Source: an uncultured delta proteobacterium
GTDB lineage: Bacteria > Myxococcota > Myxococcia > Myxococcales > Anaeromyxobacteraceae
DNA length: 64,000 nt
Direction of reading: 5' to 3'
NCBI GenBank assembly: GCA_963828255.1
Contig: CAWHDZ010000021.1
Location: 1-64,000 of the forward strand
Both the position numbers and the translations under genes were made by a program. The notes beneath the pieces were generated by a model, which ran no database searches, was not told the origin of the DNA, and saw only the letters and a list, made by a program, of their open reading frames with translations. Shown here piece after piece: positions 33,688 through 46,043 of the stretch (positions are counted from its first letter, which is position 1; every line of letters starts with the position of its first letter).

Positions 33688-35145
33688 TCAGCGCCTGCGC
33701 CCGCTCCCGAACAGGCTGCCCAGCAGGCCGCGCACCAGCTCCCGGCCGATCTGGGTTCCCGCCGACCGCGCCACGCTCTTCGCCATCGACCCGAGCGTGT
33801 CGGCGATCTCGTTCCTCGGCTCGGCGGCCCGCCCGCGCCCGCGGGGCGAGGGATTCTCCGCCACCCGCTCCGTGGCCCGGGCCCGGAGCCGCTCGAAGGC
33901 CGACTCGCGATCCACCGGCTCGTCGTACTTCCCCTTCACCGGCGAACCCCTCATGACCCGCTTCCGCTCGTCCGGAGTCAGCGGCGCGAGGCGCGACCGG
34001 GGCGGCAGCACGAAGGCCCGCTCCACCGGGGTGGGCGTGCCCTTCGGGTCGAGGAGCGACACCAGCGCCTCCCCCACCCCGAGCTCGGTGATCACCGTCG
34101 CGGCGTCCACCCGGGGGTTCTGCCGGAAGGTCTCGGCCGCGGTGCGGACCGCCTTCTGGTCACGGGGAGTGAATGCCCGGAGCGCGTGCTGGAGCCGGTT
34201 GCCGAGCTGCCCCAGGACGGTCTCGGGGACGTCGAGCGGGTTCTGGGTGACGAAGTAGACTCCCACCCCCTTCGACCGGACCAGCCGGACCACCTGCTCC
34301 ACCTTCTCGAGGAGCGCCCGCGGCGCCTCCCGGAAGAGGAGGTGGGCCTCGTCGAAGAAGAAGACCAGCCTGGGCTTCTCGACGTCCCCCACCTCGGGCA
34401 GGTGCTCGTAGAGCTCGGAGAGCAGCCAGAGCAGGAAGGTCGAGTAGAGCCGCGGGGACTGCAGCAGCTTGTCGGCGGCGAGCACGTTCACGAGCCCCTC
34501 GCCCCGCCCGTCCACCTCGAGCAGGTCGCCGAGGTCGAGGGCCGGCTCGCCGAAGAAGCGGTCTGCCCCCTGCTGCTCGAGGGTGAGGATCTGGCGCTGG
34601 ATGGCCCCCACGCTGGCCGGGGAGACGTTGCCGTGGGTCCGCTGCAGTTCCCCGGCACGCTCGGCCACGTGGGCGAGGAGTGCGCGGAGGTCCTTCAGGT
34701 CGAGGAGCAGGAGGCCGTCGTCGTCGGCGATCTTGAAGGCCAGCGAGAGCACGCCCTCCTGGACGTCGTTCAGGTCGAGCATCCGCGAGAGGAGCACCGG
34801 CCCCATCTCGGAGACGGTGGCCCGGAGCGGGTGGCCCTGCTCCCCGAACACGTCCCAGAAGACCACCGGGGTCCCGGCCGGGTCGAGGGTCGCCCCGAGC
34901 CGCTTCACCCGCTCGAGCATCTTCTCGTCCGGCTCGGCGGCCAGCGCCATGCCCGAGAGGTCCCCCTTCACGTCGGCGAGGAAGATCGGGACGCCGATGC
35001 GGGAGAGCCTCTCGGCGAGGACACGCAGCGTGACGGTCTTCCCCGTGCCGGTGGCGCCCGCCACCAGGCCGTGGCGGTTCGCCATCCCGGGCAGGAGCGA
35101 CAGGATCTCTTCCCCCTTGGCGACGGGGAGCGGCGGAGCAGCCAT
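33688..35145 (-). CDS. DUF853/YjgR-family HerA-like ATPase
   Basis: '[15 protein letters not shown]', 'DVKGDLSG', 'FFDEAHLLF', '[14 protein letters not shown]'. Confidence 0.92.
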   Translation of the reverse strand: MAAPPLPVAKGEEILSLLPGMANRHGLVAGATGTGKTVTLRVLAERLSRIGVPIFLADVKGDLSGMALAAEPDEKMLERVKRLGATLDPAGTPVVFWDVFGEQGHPLRATVSEMGPVLLSRMLDLNDVQEGVLSLAFKIADDDGLLLLDLKDLRALLAHVAERAGELQRTHGNVSPASVGAIQRQILTLEQQGADRFFGEPALDLGDLLEVDGRGEGLVNVLAADKLLQSPRLYSTFLLWLLSELYEHLPEVGDVEKPRLVFFFDEAHLLFREAPRALLEKVEQVVRLVRSKGVGVYFVTQNPLDVPETVLGQLGNRLQHALRAFTPRDQKAVRTAAETFRQNPRVDAATVITELGVGEALVSLLDPKGTPTPVERAFVLPPRSRLAPLTPDERKRVMRGSPVKGKYDEPVDRESAFERLRARATERVAENPSPRGRGRAAEPRNEIADTLGSMAKSVARSAGTQIGRELVRGLLGSLFGSGRRR

Positions 35146-35203
35146 GCGCGGTAGTCCTCCCGCCACCTGGAATAGCACGACGGTGGGCGGCGTGGGACCG
35201 ACC

Positions 35204-37438
35204 CTATCCGCTCCAGCCCGTGCGCACTCCCAGCGCGGAGGCGACCCGCAGGATGTCGGTGAGGACGCCGCCCGCGGTGAGCGCGCCCCCCACCCCCGCC
35301 CCCTGGACGACCAGCGGGGATCCGGAGCGGCGGACCGTGCTGGCCGCCACGTAGGCCTCGACGTCGCGCAGCCGCGCCGCCCGGTGGTCCGGGCCGACCT
35401 CCTCCGGCCCGACGCGGATCCGCCCGGCGTCCACGTCCACGTGGACCAGGTAGCGCAGCACGCGCCCCCGGGAGCGCGCCGCCTGGACCCGATCGGCGAA
35501 GGGGCGGTCAAGCAGCCGCAGCGATTCGACCAGCTCGCCCGGGACCGCCGACCCGAGCGCTCCGGGCGGAAGGAGGGGCTCGAGCGCGACGTCGGCCACG
35601 TCCACCCTCATGCCCAGCTCGCGGGCCAGGATCACCGCCTTGCGCGCCGAGTCGAGACCGGAGAGGTCGTCCCGGGGATCCTCCTCGGTGTAGCCGAGCT
35701 CCCGGGCCCACCGGAGCGCCAGGGAGAGGGGGGTGCCCTTCTCGGCCTCGGCGAGCAGGTAGCCGGCGGTGCCGGAGAGCGAGCCCTCCACCGAGAGCAC
35801 CCGGTCCCCGGTGCGGACCAGGTTCCGGAGCGTTCCCAGGAGCGGGAGGCTCGCGCCCACCGAGGTCTCGTAGTGGAAGTGGACGTGGGCCTGGCGCCGC
35901 GCCGCCGAGAGCCGGTCCCGCTCGGCGGTGCGGGTCGCCAGCGGCAGCTTGTTGGCGCCGACCACGTGGATCCCTCGCCGGAAGGCCTCCTCGTACACCG
36001 GTACCAGCCCGGCGTCGGCGGTCAGGTCCACCAGCACCGCGCCAGGGAGCCGGGCCAGCCGGTCGAGGACGGCGGCGGCCTCCGGCATCCGGAAGGGTCC
36101 GACGGGCGGCGCCTCGGCGACCGTCTCCCTCCAGCGCGAGAGGTCGAGCCCGTTCTCGTCGAAGGCCAGCCCGCGCCGGTCTCCCACCCCCACGACCTTG
36201 AGCGCGATGTCGTAGTCGGAGGCGAGCGCCCCGGCCTGCTCGCGCACCTGGTCGAGGAGCGGCGCCCCCACCTTCCCCTTGCCCAGCACGAGCAGCGAGA
36301 CCCCCTGCCCCCCGGAGGCGCGCCGGGCCGCCGGGCGGGGCGCGACCCGCCCCTCCACGCGGTCCCGGAAGTCGGCCACCAGCGCGGAGAGCTCGTCGAC
36401 GTGGATGAGGAAGGCGTCGTGCCCGTGCGGAGAATCGAGCCGCTCCAGGCGCGCCGCAGGCATGTGGCGCGCCATCACCCGCTGCTCCTCCGGGACGTAG
36501 AGGACGTCGGTGTCCACGGTCACGACCATGGCCGGCTGCCGGACGCTCCGGAGCACGGTCTCGAACTCTCCCCTGCCCCGGGCCACGTCGTGGGTGTCCA
36601 TGGCGCGGGTGAGCGCGTGGTAGGTGGCGGCGTCGAAGCGATCGACGAGCTGCTGCCCCTGGTAGCGAAGGTAGCTCTCCATGGCGAAGAGGTCGGGCGC
36701 CTGGGGGCGCCGGCCGTAGCGCTCCTCGAAGCTCTCCCATCCACGGTAGGTGCACATGGCCATCATGCGGGCCGCGGCAAGCCCCGCCGCGGGCGGGTCG
36801 GCCGGGTCGTAGCGCCCGCCCGCCCAGCGCGGGTCGGCGGCGATGGCCTGGCGCTGCGCCTCCGAGAGGCCGATGGCCCAGGCCGAGTGGCGCGCCGAGC
36901 TGGCGATGGGGACGATGGACTGGACCATCTCCGGAAAGAGCAGCGCCCACTCGAGCACCTGCATGCCGCCCAGCGACCCACCGATGGCGGACCGGATGCG
37001 CCGGACCCCGAGGGCCCGGCAGAGCTCCCCCTGCACCCGGACCATGTCACGCACGGTGATGGCCGGAAAGGAACCGAGGTAGGGGCGTCCGGTGGCCGGG
37101 TCGGTGGAGGAGGGCCCGGTCGTGCCGTAGCAGCTCCCCAGGATGTTGGCGCAGAGGACGAAATCGCGTTCCGGGTCGAGGGCGCGCCCCGGACCGAACA
37201 TCTTGGACCACCAGCGGTCGGCGTCGGCCGATCCGGTGAAGGCGTGGCAGACCACCACCGCGTTGTCGCCGGCGGGGGAGAGGCGCCCCCAGGTCCGGTA
37301 GGAAACTTGAAGTTGCTCGAGCCGGGTGCCCGACTCGAGGAGGAACGGCCCGGACGGGACGTACCAGCGCGTCTCCGGTGCGATGAAGGACGCCCGCGCG
37401 GGGGCCAGGGGATCGGGGGGCTTGTCGGCGAAGGGCAT
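35204..37438 (-). CDS. metX: Homoserine O-acetyltransferase fused to homoserine dehydrogenase (744 aa)
   Basis: MetX half: 'CHAFTG', 'NILGSCYG', GGSLGG, 'HGHDAFL'. HSDH half: GKGKVG, 'ANK', '[10 protein letters not shown]', 'SGT', '[19 protein letters not shown]'. Confidence 0.88.
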   Translation of the reverse strand: MPFADKPPDPLAPARASFIAPETRWYVPSGPFLLESGTRLEQLQVSYRTWGRLSPAGDNAVVVCHAFTGSADADRWWSKMFGPGRALDPERDFVLCANILGSCYGTTGPSSTDPATGRPYLGSFPAITVRDMVRVQGELCRALGVRRIRSAIGGSLGGMQVLEWALLFPEMVQSIVPIASSARHSAWAIGLSEAQRQAIAADPRWAGGRYDPADPPAAGLAAARMMAMCTYRGWESFEERYGRRPQAPDLFAMESYLRYQGQQLVDRFDAATYHALTRAMDTHDVARGRGEFETVLRSVRQPAMVVTVDTDVLYVPEEQRVMARHMPAARLERLDSPHGHDAFLIHVDELSALVADFRDRVEGRVAPRPAARRASGGQGVSLLVLGKGKVGAPLLDQVREQAGALASDYDIALKVVGVGDRRGLAFDENGLDLSRWRETVAEAPPVGPFRMPEAAAVLDRLARLPGAVLVDLTADAGLVPVYEEAFRRGIHVVGANKLPLATRTAERDRLSAARRQAHVHFHYETSVGASLPLLGTLRNLVRTGDRVLSVEGSLSGTAGYLLAEAEKGTPLSLALRWARELGYTEEDPRDDLSGLDSARKAVILARELGMRVDVADVALEPLLPPGALGSAVPGELVESLRLLDRPFADRVQAARSRGRVLRYLVHVDVDAGRIRVGPEEVGPDHRAARLRDVEAYVAASTVRRSGSPLVVQGAGVGGALTAGGVLTDILRVASALGVRTGWSG

Positions 37439-37464
37439 GGCCGCGGCGCGGGGACGGGAGGCGG

Positions 37465-37494
37465 AATCTAGAGGGAGTGAACCGTCCCAGTCAA
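37465..37494 (-). promoter_or_regulatory. Putative sigma70 promoter of the metX fusion
   Basis: Minus strand TTGACT-N18-TAGATT, 26 nt upstream of the ATG. Confidence 0.5.
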
Positions 37495-37514
37495 GATAGC
37501 GGAGGAGCCTCCGT

Positions 37515-38065
37515 TCACGTGGAGGGAGGGCGGCGGCGCCGCTTCCCCCGTGCCGGCAGGCCGAACCGCTCCTGCAGGAAGTCGGCGAGCCCGCCCACGT
37601 CCCCGGCGGCGAAGGTCGGGATGGGGCGGGGGGCGGCTCGTCGGTGACCACCGCGATGAAGCGCCTGGACCGGGCGCAGGCGAACTCCCGGCTCACCGCC
37701 CGTCGGTGCACCTCCACCCGTGGCAGCCGCTCCTCCTTCCAGCCCTCGACGAGCACCAGGTCCACCGGGGGGAGCAGCCGGGCCAGCGCCCTCGCGCCGC
37801 CCCGCCGGGGCGCGCCGAAGACGGCCAGCTGGGCCGGCCCCTGGACCGCCACGCCCAGGGCTCCGGCGCGGAGCAGGAGGTCGCTGTCCTTGCCCGGGAC
37901 GTCGAATCCGTGCGGGTGGCCGGAGTGCTTGATGGCGGCCACCCGGAGACCGCGCCCGGATAGCTCGCGCAGGAGCGCCACCAGGATCGTGGTCTTGCCG
38001 GCGCCGCTCGGCCCGGAGAAGGCCACGAGCGGGGGGGCGCCGCGGCGCACCGGGGCGCCTTTCAC
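37515..38065 (-). CDS. mobB: Molybdopterin-guanine dinucleotide biosynthesis protein MobB; apparent -1 frameshift near 37623
   Basis: 'FSGPSGAGKTT', 'IKHSGH', 'FDVPGKDS', 'DLVLVEGWK'; the C-terminus 'IPTFAAGDVGGLADFL' lies in another frame after a C-run. Confidence 0.8.
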
Positions 38066-39222
38066 TCTCCGAGGAACCAGGTCTCCACCCGCTCTCCCTC
38101 GGGGACGTCTCCCTCGCCCTCCCCGATGCGCAGGAGCGCCTGGGCCAGCGCCGGCCCCCGGATCTGCGCGGCGTCCCTCCCGACCGGCCGCACCCTGCCG
38201 TCGGGATCGATGGAGGCCCAGAGGAAGCGGGCACGCCCCGGGCGCCCCTGGCAGCCCTCGGCGAGCGGCAGCCAGGCCCGGGCCCGCTCGACGCGAGCCG
38301 CCCCGGCCAGCCGGAGGAGCGCGGGGCGGGCGAAGACCTCGAAGGCGACCAGGCAGGCCGACGGGCTCCCCGGGAGGCCGAGCACCGGCTTGCCCCCGAG
38401 GAGCGCGAAGAGGAATGGCTTGCCGGGCTTCATGGGCACGCCGTGGAGGAGGATCTCCGCGCCCAGCGCGCCGAGCGCCCCGGCCACCAGGTCCCTCTCC
38501 CCCACCGAGACGCCTCCGATGGTGACGAGCGCGTCGGCCCATTCGATCGCGCCGGCCAGCGCCTCGCGCAGCGCCGCGGCCTCGTCCCCCACCGCCGACC
38601 GCCGGACCTCGAACCCGCACTCCGCGAGAAGTCCCGAAAGCGCCGCGCCGTTCGAGTCGGGGGTCCGCTCCCGCACCACCTCGTCGCCGGTGGAGAGCAA
38701 GGCGACGCGCACGCGCCGGTGCACCGAAACCTCGGTGCATCCCACCGCCTCGAGCAGGGCCGCCTGGCGCGGACCGACCCGGGCGCCCTGCGGCAGCGCC
38801 TCCCCGCCGGCGAGGACGTCCTCCCCCGCGTGGCGGACGTTCTCTCCGTCGCGGACCTCGTGGCGGACGAGGACCCGGTCACCGCGCGGCTCGGTGGACT
38901 CCTCCCGCACCACCGCGTCGGCTCCCTCCGGAAGGGGGGCCCCGGTGAAGATCCGGGCGGCGTCGCCGGGGCCGAGGGGCGCGCCGGGCCGGTCCCCGGC
39001 GTAGAGCACCTCCCTCACCCGGAGCTCGACCGGGCCCGGGACATCGGCATGACGCACCGCGTAGCCGTCCATCGCCGAGCAGGCGAAGGGGGGGGCGGCC
39101 CGCCGGGCCAGGGCCGGGGCGGAGAGGTAGCGGCCACCGGCTTCGCGGACGGGCGAGCGTCCGGTTCCGATCGGTTCGATCGCTTCGAGCACCTTCGATC
39201 GATGTGATTCGAGACGGTCCAC
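38062..39222 (-). CDS. moeA: Molybdopterin molybdotransferase MoeA
   Basis: 'SAMDGYAV', 'IFTGAPLPEGADAV', 'STGDE', 'GGVSVGERD', 'MKPGKP', 'GLPG'. Confidence 0.92.
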   Translation of the reverse strand: MDRLESHRSKVLEAIEPIGTGRSPVREAGGRYLSAPALARRAAPPFACSAMDGYAVRHADVPGPVELRVREVLYAGDRPGAPLGPGDAARIFTGAPLPEGADAVVREESTEPRGDRVLVRHEVRDGENVRHAGEDVLAGGEALPQGARVGPRQAALLEAVGCTEVSVHRRVRVALLSTGDEVVRERTPDSNGAALSGLLAECGFEVRRSAVGDEAAALREALAGAIEWADALVTIGGVSVGERDLVAGALGALGAEILLHGVPMKPGKPFLFALLGGKPVLGLPGSPSACLVAFEVFARPALLRLAGAARVERARAWLPLAEGCQGRPGRARFLWASIDPDGRVRPVGRDAAQIRGPALAQALLRIGEGEGDVPEGERVETWFLGE

Positions 39223-39266
39223 GGGTGGATGATGCCATTCCCGCGCGGTCGCTGTCCGGCGATTTC

Positions 39267-39355
39267 CGCAACACTTGCGTCCGCCTGGACTTGATCCGGG
39301 GCAATGCGCACGTTCTGCGGCAAAATGCCCGAAAAACCCGGGCCTGGCCCATGCA
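39267..39355 (+). promoter_or_regulatory. Regulatory region: two CGCA-N5-TGCG palindromes, an FNR-like box and a putative sigma54 -24/-12
   Basis: CGCA-acact-TGCG 39267-79; TTGAT-ccgg-GGCAA 39291-304; CGCA-cgttc-TGCG 39307-19; GG-N10-GC at 39341-54. Confidence 0.55.
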
Positions 39356-39385
39356 TCTAGACTTCGGTCAAGCACGGAGGTGCCC

Positions 39386-40042
39386 ATGATCTCGACAGCG
39401 CCCGTCACCGACTGTAACGCCTGCACCCTCGGAATCGCATCCGCGGGGCGCTGCCGGTTCACTCCCTCCACCCGGGAGGCGGGGGCGAGCCTCTGCGCCC
39501 AGGGGGAGCGTCCGCGCACCGTCTACTTCATCAAGGAGGGGTTCGTCGCGCTCTCCGCGGTGAGCCCCAAGGGCTCGGAACTCGTGCTTAGCCTGCGCGG
39601 CCCCACCTCGCTCCTCTGCAGCGAGGCCATGACCAACGAGCCCTCGGCCTACGAGGTTCGCGCCCTTTCGCGCGTCAAGCTCTGCGGCATCGCCGGCGAC
39701 GCCATGAGCCAGTGGGTGGGACCGGAGCGCAGCCCGGCCCGCGTGGTTCTCGACCTCGTGCTCGCCGAGTCGCGCATGCAGCGGGACGAGGTGAACTTCC
39801 GCCAGGGCGACTGCATGTCGCGGGTGGCCCGCTTCGCGCTGGCCCACGCCAAGTTCCTCGCCGACCGGCCCAACGCCGTGCGCAAGCAGGTGGTGGCCCG
39901 GCTCCTGGGCATGCGTCCCGAGACCCTCTCCCGCTGCCTGACCCGGCTGGAGCAGGACGGCGTCCTCGACGCGTCACGCGGGGTGAAGGTCCTCGACCAG
40001 CGCCGCCTGGCCGCCATCGCCATGGAGGACGTGGCCGCCTGA
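39386..40042 (+). CDS. Crp/Fnr-family regulator with Cys-rich N-terminus
   Basis: 'CNAC...RC', cNMP-binding-like 'AQGERPRTVYFIKEG', HTH 'VARLLGMRPETLSRCL'; GGAGG SD. Confidence 0.88.
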   Translation: MISTAPVTDCNACTLGIASAGRCRFTPSTREAGASLCAQGERPRTVYFIKEGFVALSAVSPKGSELVLSLRGPTSLLCSEAMTNEPSAYEVRALSRVKLCGIAGDAMSQWVGPERSPARVVLDLVLAESRMQRDEVNFRQGDCMSRVARFALAHAKFLADRPNAVRKQVVARLLGMRPETLSRCLTRLEQDGVLDASRGVKVLDQRRLAAIAMEDVAA

Positions 40043-40060
40043 TCGCGGTATGATCCCCCC

Positions 40061-40249
40061 ATGTTCGGACTGGGCGTCGGCGAGCTCCTGCTCATCGCAG
40101 TGGTGCTGCTCCTCCTCTTCGGGTCGAGCAAGCTCCCCCAGCTCGGCCAGGGGCTCGGCGAGAGCCTGAAGAGCTTCCGGAAGGCCTTCAAGGAAGTGAA
40201 GGGCGAGGGCGACGGCGACTCCGGCAAGCCCCCTGCCCCGCCGGCATAG
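40061..40249 (+). CDS. tatA: Twin-arginine translocase TatA
   Basis: 'MFGLGVGELLLIAVVLLLLFGSSKLPQLGQGLGESLKSFRK'. Confidence 0.93.
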   Translation: MFGLGVGELLLIAVVLLLLFGSSKLPQLGQGLGESLKSFRKAFKEVKGEGDGDSGKPPAPPA

Positions 40250-40264
40250 CCGGGATAGTCCCCT

Positions 40265-41368
40265 TCAGCGCCCGGAGAGCAGCCGCGCCACCTTCTCGGT
40301 GAGGCGGGCCACCGCGGATCCGATGGCGTCGAGGATCCTCCCCCCGAATCCCCTCCGCGCCGCCTCCTCCGGCAAAACCTGCCGCGCCAGCGCGGCCCGC
40401 TCCTCGAACCAGCGACGCGCCGCGCTCCCGGTCTCCCCGTCGTCGATCTCCACCAGGGACTCGAGGTTGGCGAGCGAGAAGGGGTCGAGGTTGAAGCTCC
40501 CCACCAGCACCTTCTCGCCGTCCACCACCCCGACCTTCGCGTGGTGGACGGACCGGGTCCACTCCCGGATCTCCACCCCCGCCGCGATCAGGTTCCGGTA
40601 GAGCCGGGTGGTGGCCGCCCGGACCAGCGGGACGTCGCTCCGCCCGGCCAGCAGCAGGGTCACCTTCACTCCCCGTCGGGCGGCGGAGGTGATGGAACGG
40701 ATGAACCTCCGGTCGGGCAGGAAGTAGGAGTGGGCGGCCAGGATCTCGGAGCGTGCCTCGACGAAGGAGCGCAGGTAGACCTTGCGCAGCCGCCGGCCGC
40801 CTCCGACCCCCGAGAGGTGGATCTGCACCCGACCGGGCGCCCGCGCCGGCCGCTCCCCGCGCAGCCGGGCCTCGAGCCAGGCAGCCGGCGTGCCGCGGAG
40901 CTCGACCGCGAGGTCCATCCACTCCGGCTCGTCGGCCGAGTCCGGGGCGCGCCCGGGGCCGACCTGGCCGAACTCGTCGGCGATGTTGATCCCCCCGAGG
41001 AACGCCACCGCTCCGTCCACGACCAGGATCTTCCGGTGGTTCCGCCGGAAGCGGCCGGTGAGGAGCGCGAGGAGCGGGTGGTAGATCTTCACCTCGGCAC
41101 CGTCGGGCTCGAGCATCGACTGCAGCCACCGGCCGTCGAGGGCGGAGCCCCACCCGTCGAGGATGACGCGGACCCGGACTCCCCGCAGTGCAGCCTGCGA
41201 GAGCGCCTCCCGGAAGGTATCCCCGACTCCGTCCCTGGCCAGGTAGTACATCTCCAGATGCACCGACTGGCGCGCTTCCCGGATGGCGCCGAGCATCCTG
41301 GGGAAGGCCTCGCTTCCCCCGGCGAGGAGCGTGATGGTGTCGCCAGGGGGGGCGGCGGCGGGGGCCAT
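40265..41368 (-). CDS. Cardiolipin synthase / phospholipase D (ClsB-like)
   Basis: Two HKD motifs: '[10 protein letters not shown]...GGIN' and '[10 protein letters not shown]...GSFN'. Confidence 0.88.
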   Translation of the reverse strand: MAPAAAPPGDTITLLAGGSEAFPRMLGAIREARQSVHLEMYYLARDGVGDTFREALSQAALRGVRVRVILDGWGSALDGRWLQSMLEPDGAEVKIYHPLLALLTGRFRRNHRKILVVDGAVAFLGGINIADEFGQVGPGRAPDSADEPEWMDLAVELRGTPAAWLEARLRGERPARAPGRVQIHLSGVGGGRRLRKVYLRSFVEARSEILAAHSYFLPDRRFIRSITSAARRGVKVTLLLAGRSDVPLVRAATTRLYRNLIAAGVEIREWTRSVHHAKVGVVDGEKVLVGSFNLDPFSLANLESLVEIDDGETGSAARRWFEERAALARQVLPEEAARRGFGGRILDAIGSAVARLTEKVARLLSGR

Positions 41369-41425
41369 GTCCCGAGGGTACCGCGTCCGGACGCTGGAGC
41401 GGCGTCCCGCCCAGGGTGCTCCACG

Positions 41426-41454
41426 TTGATTCGCGGAGCGCGCGGGCCTAGATT
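41426..41454 (+). promoter_or_regulatory. Putative sigma70 promoter of the globin-coupled kinase operon
   Basis: TTGATT-N17-TAGATT, 10 nt before ATG 41465, no SD. Confidence 0.6.
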
Positions 41455-41464
41455 CCGTGCGCGC

Positions 41465-42604
41465 ATGGCGGAGTCCCTCCTCGAGGAGTTGAAGCGCTAC
41501 GTGGGCTTCGGGCCCGACGACGGGGCGGCCCTGCGCGAGCTCCGGGTCCTCGCGGCGCCGGATTTCCCGGCCATCGCCGTGGCCTTCTACGATCGGATCC
41601 TGGCCCACGAGGGGGCGCGCCTGGCGCTGGTCGGTGGGGAGAGCCAGGTCGGCCACCTGCGGACCACGCTGGTCCGGTGGATGGAGGAGGCCATCGGCGG
41701 CCCCTGGGACGAGAGCTGGTGGGAGGCCCACTGCCGCATCGGGCGCGTCCACGTCCGCATCGACCTCCCCCAGCACTACATGTTCGGGGCGATGAACGTG
41801 GTCCGGGAGGAGCTCTCCCTCCGGATCGACCGGCTCTTGCCCGGGGTCCCGGCGCGCCAGGAGCGGACCCGTGCCGCGCTCGGGAAGGTGCTCGACCTCG
41901 AGCTCGCCATCATGCTCCACACCTACCGGGAGGACCTGCTCTCCCGGGCCACCCGGTCGGAGCGGCTCGCCACCTTCGGGCAGCTGGTCGGCTCGATCGG
42001 CCACGAGCTGCGCAATCCACTGGGCGTGATCGAGAGCTCGCTCTTCCTCCTGCGCGGCCGGACCGGGGACGACGACCGGGTGAAGAAGCACCTCGACCGG
42101 ATCGGCGAGCAGGTCCAGCTCTCCAACCGGATCATCACCGGCCTCCTCGACATGGTCCGCGACCGCCCCCTTCCCCGCGAGACCATCCAGGTGACGGCGC
42201 TCCTCGAGCGGGCGGGGCACGCCGTCGCGCGCCCCCCCGGCGTCTCGCTGGTCCTGGACGCGCCCGTGGGGCTCGCCGTCCAGGGCGACCCCGTCCAGCT
42301 CGGACAGGCGCTCGTGAACCTCCTCACCAACGCGGTCCAGGCGGTGGGCGCCGGGGGCGCCATCCGGCTCGCGGCCCGCGCCGAGGGGGGCGCGGTGGCC
42401 CTCGACGTGGAGGACGACGGGCCGGGGGTGGCGGAGGCGGTCCGGGGGCGGATCTTCGAGCCGCTCATCACCACCAAGGAGCACGGCAACGGGCTGGGGC
42501 TGGCGCTGGTGAAGCGCGTCGCCGAGCGGCACGGCGGCTCCGTCGCCCACGAGCCCCGCCCCGGCGGCGGGACCCGGTTCACCCTGCGCATCCCGGCGGC
42601 CTGA
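41465..42604 (+). CDS. Globin-coupled (protoglobin) sensor histidine kinase (AfGcHK/NmpU-like)
   Basis: 'EELKRYVG', distal Tyr42 in 'FYDRIL', proximal His96 in 'RIGRVHVRI', '[11 protein letters not shown]', H-box 'GHELRNPL', N/G boxes. Confidence 0.93.
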   Translation: MAESLLEELKRYVGFGPDDGAALRELRVLAAPDFPAIAVAFYDRILAHEGARLALVGGESQVGHLRTTLVRWMEEAIGGPWDESWWEAHCRIGRVHVRIDLPQHYMFGAMNVVREELSLRIDRLLPGVPARQERTRAALGKVLDLELAIMLHTYREDLLSRATRSERLATFGQLVGSIGHELRNPLGVIESSLFLLRGRTGDDDRVKKHLDRIGEQVQLSNRIITGLLDMVRDRPLPRETIQVTALLERAGHAVARPPGVSLVLDAPVGLAVQGDPVQLGQALVNLLTNAVQAVGAGGAIRLAARAEGGAVALDVEDDGPGVAEAVRGRIFEPLITTKEHGNGLGLALVKRVAERHGGSVAHEPRPGGGTRFTLRIPAA

Positions 42605-42607
42605 CCC

Positions 42608-43311
42608 GTGCGCCGCTATCTCTTCGTGGACGACAACCTGGAGTTCGCCGAGAACCTCGTCGAGATCGCCGGCGACTGCGGCTGCGACTGCGAGATGGCG
42701 GCCTGCGGCGCCGAGGCGATGGAGAGGGTCTCCGGCTCCCGCTTCGACGCGGTGGTCACCGACATGCGCATGCCGGGCATGGGGGGCGCCGCGCTGGTCC
42801 ACGAGATCCGGCGCGTGGACCCGGGGCTCCCCGCCGTGGTCCTCACCGCCCACGCCGCGGACGCCGCCCTGGAGGCGGCGCGTCGCGAGGGCCTGCTCGC
42901 GGTGCTCGCCAAGCCGGCGCCCATCGACCGGCTCCTGACCCTGCTCGGCGCGGCCCGCCGCGACGGGGTGCTGGCGGTCCTCGAGGACGACCCGGCCCTG
43001 CTCGACAACCTCACAGAGGCCCTGCGCCTGCGCGGCTTCGCCGCGGTCACCGCCTCCACCGTCCTGGACACCGACCGGCTCGGGCCGGTGCGCCCCTTCG
43101 CCGCGCTGGCCGACCTGCGCCTGCCGGGCGGCCCGGACGGCGAGGCCGTCCGCCGGCTCACGGCCCGGTTCCCCGGGATCCCCGTCGTCGCCGTGACCGC
43201 CTTCCCGGCCGCCGCACCCGAGGGCGCCCACGCCACCTTCGGAAAGCCCTTCGACACCGCCGCGCTGCTCGACGTGGTGGAGCGCATCCACTCCGGAAGG
43301 ACATCCTCCTC

Positions 43312-43315
<4 letters not shown>
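42608..43315 (+). CDS. Dual-receiver response regulator (NmpT-like)
   Basis: Two REC domains with phospho-acceptor candidates D52 ('VTDMRMPG') and D169 ('ADLRLPG'); no output domain. Confidence 0.88.
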
Positions 43316-44414
<1,099 letters not shown>

Positions 44415-44418
<4 letters not shown>

Positions 44419-45851
44419 CCGAGGCCGGCGGAGTCGTCGCCGAGGTCTTCGGGTCCGCCCTGTCCGGCGCCGCCGTTGGCGTACTCCTTGAGCCGGTACT
44501 GGATCTTGCGGACGCTGATGCCGAGGATCTCGGCGGCGCGGGAGGTGGAGCCGCCCACCATCTCCAGGGTGCGCAGGATGGCCTCGCGCTCGATCTCGTA
44601 GAGGGTGGCGCCGGGGATGAGCGCGCCCGGGCTTCGCTCGCGTGGACGCGGCCCGCGCAGCGTGGGGGGCAGGTCGTCGGCGGTCATCTCCGGCCCCTTG
44701 GCCAGGACCACCGCCCGCTCCACGACGTTCTCGAGCTCGCGGACGTTGCCCGGCCAGTCGTGCGCCAGGAGCGCGTTCAGCGTGCCCGGGGCGAGCCCGC
44801 GGATCTCCTTGCCGTAGGCCTTGCCGTACTTCTCGACGAAGTGGCTCACCAGGGCGGGGATGTCCCCCTTGCGGTTGCGCAGCGGCGGCAGCGTGACCGC
44901 GACCACGTTCAACCGGTAGTAGAGGTCCTCGCGGAACTTCCCGGTCTTCACCTCGGCGGCCAGGTCGCGGTTGGTGGCGGCCACCAGCCGGACGTCCACC
45001 TTCAGCGTGGAGACCCCGCCCACCCGCTCGAACTCCTTCTGCTGCAGGACGCGGAGGAGCTTGATCTGGAGGGCCGGGGAGATGTCCCCGATCTCGTCGA
45101 GGAAGAGCGTGCCCCCGTCGGCCAGCTCGAAGCGCCCCTCCTTGCGGCCGATGGCGCCGGTGAAGGATCCCTTCTCGTGGCCGAAGAGTTCGCTCTCCAG
45201 CAGCGTCTCGGAGAGCGCCGCGCAGTTCACCTTGACGAAGGCCTGGTCGCGCCGTGGTGACTCCTCGTGAAGGGCCTGGGCGATGAGCTCCTTGCCGGTG
45301 CCCGATTCGCCGAGGATGAGGACGGTGGCGCGCGTGGGGGCGGCCCGCTTCACCACCTCGTAGACCGCCTGGAGCTCGGGAGCGTCGCCCACGATGTTGT
45401 GGAAGCGGTAGCGCTCGCGCACCCGCTCGCGGAGGTTCTGGGTGTCGCGCTGGAGCCGGAGCTTCTCGAGCGCCTTCTCGAGGACCACCAGCACGGCGTT
45501 CACGTCGAGCGGCTTCACGAGGTAGTTCTCGGCGCCTGCCCGCATGGCCTCGACGGCGGCCTCCACGCTGGCGTAGGCGGTCATCATCACGAAGACCGCG
45601 TCGGAGCCCTGCTCCCGCGCCCTCTTGAGAAGGGTGATGCCGTCCATGTGCGGCATCCGGACGTCGGCGAGGACCGCTGCCGGGGCGAACGACTGCATGA
45701 GCTGGAGGGCCTCCTCGCCGTCCGCAGCCTCGACGAGCTCGTACCCCTCCTCGGTCAGGATGTCCTTCAGCGCCTGCCGGGCGTTCCCCTCGTCGTCCAC
45801 GACGAGGATCCGCTCCTTGCCACCGCGCGCGGGATTCTTGGCCAGCGTCAT
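44415..45851 (-). CDS. Sigma54-dependent NtrC-family response regulator (NmpR-like)
   Basis: REC domain, Walker A GESGTGKE, GSFTGA loop, 'LFLDEIG', 'WPGNVREL', Fis-type HTH. Confidence 0.93.
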
Positions 45852-45887
45852 CTTTGTCTCGCCCACCTTGCTCCTCCGCCTGGGTCG

Positions 45888-45928
45888 CGCAACGGCTGCG
45901 GAGGGCCGCATCTTATGCATGGATTGCG
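45888..45928. promoter_or_regulatory. Cluster of CGCA-N5-TGCG-like sites upstream of the NtrC-family gene
   Basis: CGCA-acggc-TGCG 45888-900; CGCA-tctta-TGCA 45907-19; TGCA-tggat-TGCG 45916-28. Confidence 0.6.
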
Positions 45929-46043
45929 GCGCGGAATCCACCCAATTGCTGGTCAAACCAGCGAAGGTTCGGGGTTCTTCCTGCGGGTCAGGAACTCCTC
46001 CCGTTGGCGAAAGGGTTGCGGTGAGCCCCGGGCGGGGGCCGGG

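Noticed and set aside
37439..37515. SAM riboswitch upstream of metX
   Set aside because: The region is too short and lacks SAM-I signature sequences; it reads as a plain promoter.
35204..38740. MobB-MetX-HSDH triple fusion suggested by the 1178-aa ORF
   Set aside because: Produced by the mobB C-run frameshift; mobB has its own C-terminus and stop at 37515, and metX has its own promoter-like sequence.
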